DNA of 64,000 nucleotides from Rhodospirillaceae bacterium (GTDB lineage Bacteria; Pseudomonadota; Alphaproteobacteria; Kiloniellales; DSM-21159): NCBI GenBank assembly GCA_006969625.1, contig CP030885.1, positions 1,869,430 to 1,933,429 of the forward strand, read 5' to 3'. Shown piece by piece: positions 59,108 to 64,000 of this stretch (position 1 is its first letter; each line of letters starts with the position of its first letter). The notes under the pieces were generated by a model. It saw only the letters and a program-made list of their open reading frames with translations, ran no database searches and was not told where the DNA came from. The position numbers and the translations under genes were made by a program.

Positions 59108-60028
59108 ATGGCGATCACGCTGGCGAGCTTGCGGGTCTTCGTGGAAGTCGCGGAATGCGGCAACATCCGCGATGCGGCACACAACCTTGGACGCACTCCT
59201 TCTGCGGTTTCGATGGCCCTCAAGCAGCTCGAGGCCGACATCGGCGGTGCGCTCTTCGAAAGCGATCGGAAGACCCGACTGTCGCCGCTCGGTCGCTATA
59301 CCTTCTCGATAGCCAAGCCTGAGGTCATGGGGTTCGAGCGCGCCGTCTCCGCCATCCGTGCCTACGCCCGGACCGAGGCTGGGCGGTTGGAGCTCGCCTG
59401 CGTGCCCTCGGTGGCCTCCAGCCTGCTGCCCGAGGTGATCGAGCGCTTCGCCGAAGACCATTGCGGCGTGGAGATCGAGTTGCGCGACGCCGACTCCGAA
59501 ACCGTCGCACGCGAGGTGGTCGAGGAACGGGTCGAACTGGGGATCGCCAGCCCGCCGACGCGGCCGCTGCCGATCGTCTATCGACCGCTGTTCCGCGACT
59601 CCTTCGTCCTGGTCTGCCGCGACGACCACCCCCTCGGGCTCGACGGGGCGCCGGTCGGGTGGGGAAGCCTTGGGGGCCAACGGCTGATCGCGAACGGCAG
59701 CGCGGCGCGCATCGAGCATCCGGCGCATCGCGCGCTCAGCGCCGACTCGGTCCTCACCGTGCGCAATGTCCTCTCGCTGCTCGCCATGGTGCGCAAGGGC
59801 GCCGGCGTGACTCTCTTGCCCCGGCTGGCCGTGCCGGTCGGCATGAGCGGCATTGCCTGCGTGCCGCTGGCCGAGCCCGCCTGCACGCGCGAAGTGGGCG
59901 TGCTGACCCGCCAGGGCCAGTCGACCTCGCCGGCGGCCGCGGCCTTCCTCTCCGAGTTCCAGCGACTGCTCTCCGAGCGCGCAAGGGATGGCGGGTTGGT
60001 CGGATTGGTCCTCTTCGGGTCACCTTGA
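59108..60028 (+). CDS. LysR-family transcriptional regulator
   Basis: MAITLASLRVFVEVAECGNIRDAAHNLGRTPSAVSMALKQLE is a LysR HTH; an alternative ATG lies at 59096. Divergent from the dipeptidase cluster and upstream of dabBA. Confidence 0.85.
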   Translation: MAITLASLRVFVEVAECGNIRDAAHNLGRTPSAVSMALKQLEADIGGALFESDRKTRLSPLGRYTFSIAKPEVMGFERAVSAIRAYARTEAGRLELACVPSVASSLLPEVIERFAEDHCGVEIELRDADSETVAREVVEERVELGIASPPTRPLPIVYRPLFRDSFVLVCRDDHPLGLDGAPVGWGSLGGQRLIANGSAARIEHPAHRALSADSVLTVRNVLSLLAMVRKGAGVTLLPRLAVPVGMSGIACVPLAEPACTREVGVLTRQGQSTSPAAAAFLSEFQRLLSERARDGGLVGLVLFGSP

Positions 60029-60177
60029 TGCCGCGATTGGCATTTGATTTTTCAATTCTCAGCATCGGAAAAATCGGTTTTCCCTATTGATCCGGGTGTG
60101 CGATGAAGCGCGCCGTTCGACGCCTCGCGTCGCTCCGCCGATCCGATCGAGCCAATAGGACCAAGAAGAGCCGCCGC

Positions 60178-61593
60178 ATGACCCGAGCCTTCTCTCTGAC
60201 CGTCTGGAGCGTGTTCGCCGCCGCACTGGCGGGTGGCCTGGCCCTCTGGGCCGCGCCGGTGGAGGCCTGGACCCTCGGCCCGCTGCGCCTGGATGCGCTC
60301 ACGTTCATGCTCGCCGCCGCCGTTACCTTCGTCAGCGGCATCGTGCACGCCTTCTCTCTGCGCTACATGGACGGCGCCAAGCGGCTGGACGCCTTCTTCG
60401 GCCGGCTGACCGGGCTGACCCTTGTCGTCCTGCTGCTGATCGCCGCCGACCACGTGCTGCTCTTCGCGCTGGCCTGGGCGGCAATGGGCTGGCTGCTCGC
60501 CGACCTGGTCGGCCATCTGCGCGAGTGGCCGCAGGCGCGCGTGGCCGCCCGCCTCTCGCGCGCGTGGTTCGCCATCGGCAGCGTGGCGCTGGCCACCGGC
60601 CTGGCGGCGCTGGCGATGGCCACCGGCCAGACCTCGATCCACGCCATCGTCGCGGCGGCGCCGACGCTCGACGCCGCGACGCTCGCCATCGCCCTGCTGC
60701 CGCTGGTGCTGGCCGCGGCGATCCAGTGCGGGCTCTGGCCGTTCCAGGGCTGGCTGCTGTCGTCGATGACGGCGCCGACGCCGGTCTCCGCCTTCATGCA
60801 TGCCGGACTGGTCAATGCCGGCGGCATCCTGCTGGCGCGCTTCGCACCGGCGGTCAGCGCACAGACGGAGGTCATGACGCTGGTGTTTCTGCTGGGGGCG
60901 GCCAGCGCCCTGCTTGGCAGCCTCTTCGCGCTGGTCCAGAGCGACGTCAAGCGTGGCCTGGCGGCCTCGACCGTCGCCCAAATGGGCTTCATGGTGATGC
61001 AATGCGGCCTCGGCTTCTACGCTGCCGCGATGGCGCACCTGATCCTGCACGGCCTGTTCAAGGCCAGCCTGTTCCTCGGTGCCGGCTCGGCCGTGCGGCG
61101 CGTCGCGCCGGCGCCGGCCAAGCCGGGCCTCGACGGCCTGGGACTGGCGATCGCGGTGCCGGCGGCGTTGCTCGCCGGCGGGCTCTTCGCCTGGGTCAGC
61201 GGCAAGTCGGTCTGGCCGGCCGACAGCGGCGCGCTGCTGGTCGTCTTCGCGGTCCTGGCGGCGGCCCAGGCGGCGCTGTCGCTGCGCGCCTGGAGCCATG
61301 TTTCCCTAGCGGTCCGCCTGATCGCCATCCCCTCCGTGCTGGCCTGCGCCGGGCTGGTCTATGGCGCCACCGTGGCACTTGCCGAGACGCTGCTCGCCGG
61401 CGTCCCCGGCACCACCGCGCCGCAGCCGATCGGCGCCCTGGGCGTCTGCGTGGCGCTGGTCTTCGCCGCCGCCTGGCTCGCCGTCGCCGCCGGTCTGCAC
61501 CGCCACAGCGCCTGGCTCTACACCCGCCTGCTCAGCGCGGCACAGCCGGCCGCGTCCACCGTCACCGACCGCCGGGAGGCCTATCGTGTCTAA
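60178..61593 (+). CDS. dabB: DabB: proton-conducting membrane subunit (NuoL/MrpA/Nad5-like) of a DAB inorganic-carbon pump
   Basis: Polytopic. AFMHAGLVNAGGILLARF and STVAQMGFMVMQCG are complex-I antiporter-like motifs. It overlaps and precedes a DUF2309 gene. The start is uncertain (60103 or ATG 60178). Confidence 0.8.
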   Translation: MTRAFSLTVWSVFAAALAGGLALWAAPVEAWTLGPLRLDALTFMLAAAVTFVSGIVHAFSLRYMDGAKRLDAFFGRLTGLTLVVLLLIAADHVLLFALAWAAMGWLLADLVGHLREWPQARVAARLSRAWFAIGSVALATGLAALAMATGQTSIHAIVAAAPTLDAATLAIALLPLVLAAAIQCGLWPFQGWLLSSMTAPTPVSAFMHAGLVNAGGILLARFAPAVSAQTEVMTLVFLLGAASALLGSLFALVQSDVKRGLAASTVAQMGFMVMQCGLGFYAAAMAHLILHGLFKASLFLGAGSAVRRVAPAPAKPGLDGLGLAIAVPAALLAGGLFAWVSGKSVWPADSGALLVVFAVLAAAQAALSLRAWSHVSLAVRLIAIPSVLACAGLVYGATVALAETLLAGVPGTTAPQPIGALGVCVALVFAAAWLAVAAGLHRHSAWLYTRLLSAAQPAASTVTDRREAYRV

Positions 61594-63997
61594 CGAGACC
61601 CGGATTTCCGCGCAGATCGAGAACGCGGCCGCCCATCTGACGCCCTACTGGCCGCTGCAGACCTTCATCGCGGCCAACCCGCTGCAGGGTCTGGAGCACC
61701 TTTCGTTCGAGGAGGCGGTCGAGCTCGGCGCCGATCTGTTCCGGGGCCGCGGCTATCCGACGGCCGAGATGGCGCGGACGGCGATGGCCGAAGGCCGGAT
61801 CGACCGTGCGGTGCTGACGGAGGTGGCGGGGCGCCACGGCCGGCCCGAGCTGGTCGAGCGGCTGACTCAGGGGCGGGCGGAGGCAGCGGCGATCGGCGAG
61901 GCGGGCGAGGCCTCGCGCGTCAATTTCCTGACGATCAAGTGGCTCGCCGCGTTCCTCGACGAAGGCCAGGCCGCCTGGCCCATGCCGGGCCGCGAGAAGG
62001 GCTTCTGGCGCGCCTTCAAGACGCTGGCCCGGCACGATCCCTCGATCCCGCAGCGGCGGCGTCTGGCGCCCCTGCCGGAGCGTCCGTTGGCAGCGCTGGT
62101 TGCGCTGATGCGCGACGTGCCGGAGGAAGAGCGGGAGGCGTGGCTGACCGCGCACCTGGTGGCGTTGTCGGGCTGGTCGAGCTACGTCAAGTGGCGGGCT
62201 GGCCAGAGCGCTCATCCCTGGCAGCGGGTGGCGCCGATCACCCTGGCCGACTACCTGGCGGTGCGCATCGCTCTGGCCTGGTTGCTCGACGAGCCGACGC
62301 CGGCGCTGGCCGCACAGGGTACTGCCGTGCCGGAGGGTGCCGTGTGGCTGGAGGCCTGGGAGGAGAGCTACCGGCGGCGCCTGCTCGACGAACTGCAGCG
62401 AGAGTCCGTGGCAGGCAGTTCCTGTCCGCAGGCACCGAGCGCGCATCTGGTGTTCTGCATCGACGTGCGCTCGGAGGTCTTCCGCCGCCACCTGGAGCGG
62501 ATCGGGCCCTACGACACGCTCGGCTTCGCCGGCTTCTTCGGCATCCCGATCGCCTATCGCCCCTTCGGCGAGAGCGAGCCCATCGCCTCGTGTCCGGTGC
62601 TGTTGACGCCGGCGCACACGGTTCCCGACGCGCCGGCCTGCGGTCACGAGACGGCAGGCGAGGCGCATCTGCACGGCCGCCGCCACATCGCGGGCGGCAA
62701 GACGCTGGTGCAGCAGCTCAAGGAGAGCGTCGCCACGCCCTTCGCCTTCGTCGAGGCGGCAGGCGGGGTGTTCGGCCTGGCGATGGCGGGGCGCACGCTG
62801 CAGCCGAGCCGCTTCGGCCGGCTGCTGGCGCGCCTGCGCGATGCGGTCAGCCCGCAGGCCTCGTTGGTGCCGCAAATCGAGCTGCTGCCGGCGGGCGAGG
62901 ACCCCGAGGCGGCGACCGGCTTCAGCGAGGCCGAGCGGATCTTCTATGCCGAGGCAGCGCTCTCGATCATGGGCCTGACGCGCGGCTTCGCGCCGTTGGT
63001 TGTCCTGACCGGACACGGCGGCGCCACCGTCAACAATCCCTTCGCCTCGGGGCTCGACTGCGGTGCCTGCGGCGGCAACCATGGCGGACCGAACGCGCGC
63101 ATCATGGCGGCGATCCTGAACGACCCCCAGGTGCGGGCGGGCCTCGTCGCGCGCGGCATCGAGATCCCCGAGGCCACGCTGTTCCTGGCGGCCGAGCACA
63201 ACACCACAACCGACGCGGTGGAAATCTTCGACGCCCAGGCTGGCAAGGCGCAGCACCCCGAAGCCTTCGCCCGGCTGCTGCGCGACCTGGCGAAGGCGCA
63301 GGCCGCGGCGTCGGCCGAGCGTTGCCGGCGACTGACCCAGGCGGACGGCGACAGTGTCGCCGCCGTCGCCGAGCGGGCGGCGGACTGGGCGCAGGTGCGC
63401 CCCGAGTGGGCGCTGGCGAAGAACGCCGCCTTCATCGTCGGCCACCGCGACCTGACGCGCAGGCTGGACCTGGAGGGGCGCAGCTTCCTGCACTCCTACG
63501 ACTGGCAGGCGGACGCTGAGGGCAAGGCCCTGGAGGTGATCCTCACCGCCCCCATGGTCGTCGCCGAGTGGATCAACACGCAGTACTATTTCTCCACCGT
63601 CGATCCCGTCGCCTATGGCGCCGGCTCGAAGATCACCCACAACGTGGTCGGGACCTTCGGCGTGATGCAGGGCAACGCCAGCGACCTGATGACCGGCCTG
63701 CCGCTGCAGTCGGTGATGGCCGCCGACGAGGTGCCCTACCACGAGCCGCTGCGGCTGATGACCGTGGTGCAGGCGCCGGTCGCGCGGGTCGAGGAGATCG
63801 TGCGCCGCAACACGATCCTGCAGACGCTCTTCGGCAACGGCTGGGTGGCGCTGACGGTGCTCGACCCGGAGACCGGCAGTCTTGTGCGCCGCAGCCGCAG
63901 CGGGACCTGGCTGCCCGCGCTGGAGGAGGGCGCCGCCGCATCGCCGGCCGGCGATCCGTCCGGCGTTGCGGCCCACGGGCCGCTCGAGGCGGTCTGA
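61586..63997 (+). CDS. dabA: DabA: DUF2309 beta-carbonic-anhydrase-like subunit of a DAB inorganic-carbon pump
   Basis: 803 aa with a GTG start overlapping the dabB end. YWPLQTFIAANP, VFCIDVRSE, GLDCGACGGNHGGPNAR and VVAEWINTQYYFSTVDP are the conserved DUF2309 blocks, including the Zn-ligand Cys/His positions. Confidence 0.88.
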   Translation: MSNETRISAQIENAAAHLTPYWPLQTFIAANPLQGLEHLSFEEAVELGADLFRGRGYPTAEMARTAMAEGRIDRAVLTEVAGRHGRPELVERLTQGRAEAAAIGEAGEASRVNFLTIKWLAAFLDEGQAAWPMPGREKGFWRAFKTLARHDPSIPQRRRLAPLPERPLAALVALMRDVPEEEREAWLTAHLVALSGWSSYVKWRAGQSAHPWQRVAPITLADYLAVRIALAWLLDEPTPALAAQGTAVPEGAVWLEAWEESYRRRLLDELQRESVAGSSCPQAPSAHLVFCIDVRSEVFRRHLERIGPYDTLGFAGFFGIPIAYRPFGESEPIASCPVLLTPAHTVPDAPACGHETAGEAHLHGRRHIAGGKTLVQQLKESVATPFAFVEAAGGVFGLAMAGRTLQPSRFGRLLARLRDAVSPQASLVPQIELLPAGEDPEAATGFSEAERIFYAEAALSIMGLTRGFAPLVVLTGHGGATVNNPFASGLDCGACGGNHGGPNARIMAAILNDPQVRAGLVARGIEIPEATLFLAAEHNTTTDAVEIFDAQAGKAQHPEAFARLLRDLAKAQAAASAERCRRLTQADGDSVAAVAERAADWAQVRPEWALAKNAAFIVGHRDLTRRLDLEGRSFLHSYDWQADAEGKALEVILTAPMVVAEWINTQYYFSTVDPVAYGAGSKITHNVVGTFGVMQGNASDLMTGLPLQSVMAADEVPYHEPLRLMTVVQAPVARVEEIVRRNTILQTLFGNGWVALTVLDPETGSLVRRSRSGTWLPALEEGAAASPAGDPSGVAAHGPLEAV

Positions 63998-64000
63998 GGA

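Overview
High-GC chromosomal window that looks alphaproteobacterial, judged from gene content (Rhizobium-type glycerol ABC operon, betICBA/choXWV, TctABC, SgaA-like aminotransferase). It is densely coding, and most of it is ordinary metabolism and transport. Left to right: tartrate-dehydrogenase-like enzyme plus amidase, pncB-pncA, the znuA / znuCB zinc uptake divergon with a candidate Zur box, an SDR, glpR-glpD plus a 6-gene glycerol-type ABC transporter, DUF2852 plus TetR, betA-betB-betI divergent from choXWV with a perfect 14-bp palindromic operator, a yybP-ykoY (Mn2+) riboswitch in front of a half-size UPF0016/MneA-like exporter gene, YqaA, an XRE/ImmA-like regulator divergent from an SgaA-like aminotransferase, tctCBA, an AMP-ligase and panE. 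After the array described below come an MBL-fold hydrolase, an ICMT-family methyltransferase, a dienelactone hydrolase, a second betaine-type ABC transporter, a DUF3726 / unknown 574-aa / M19 dipeptidase cluster, and a LysR gene followed by a dabB-dabA (DAB inorganic-carbon pump) pair. The standout is 36.85-48.97 kb: a five-fold array of tail-to-tail gene pairs that I cannot place in any family I recognise. Each pair has a Sec-signal-bearing helical protein of about 340-360 aa ('A', + strand). Its partner is a '-' strand 'B' protein with a conserved N-terminal region, a PG_binding_1-like segment, a Pro/Glu/Thr linker and a hypervariable C-terminal helical module bracketed by exactly two cysteines. 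The B C-terminal variants fall into two classes, and so do the adjacent A variants, with matching class in every pair. Two B copies are promoterless, 5'-truncated 'orphan' modules. One full-length copy is split by a 62-nt double-hairpin insertion. A 2.54-kb segment is duplicated almost perfectly 4866 bp downstream. All A genes carry the same CTGGCN-N18-TANNNT-N6-ATG upstream architecture, which suggests leaderless transcripts. This organisation resembles polymorphic effector/immunity or silent-cassette variation loci, but no toxin, secretion or recombinase domain is recognisable. All family calls are made by eye from the translated ORFs; no searches were run. Many long opposite-strand ORFs in the track are GC-driven shadow ORFs and were ignored.
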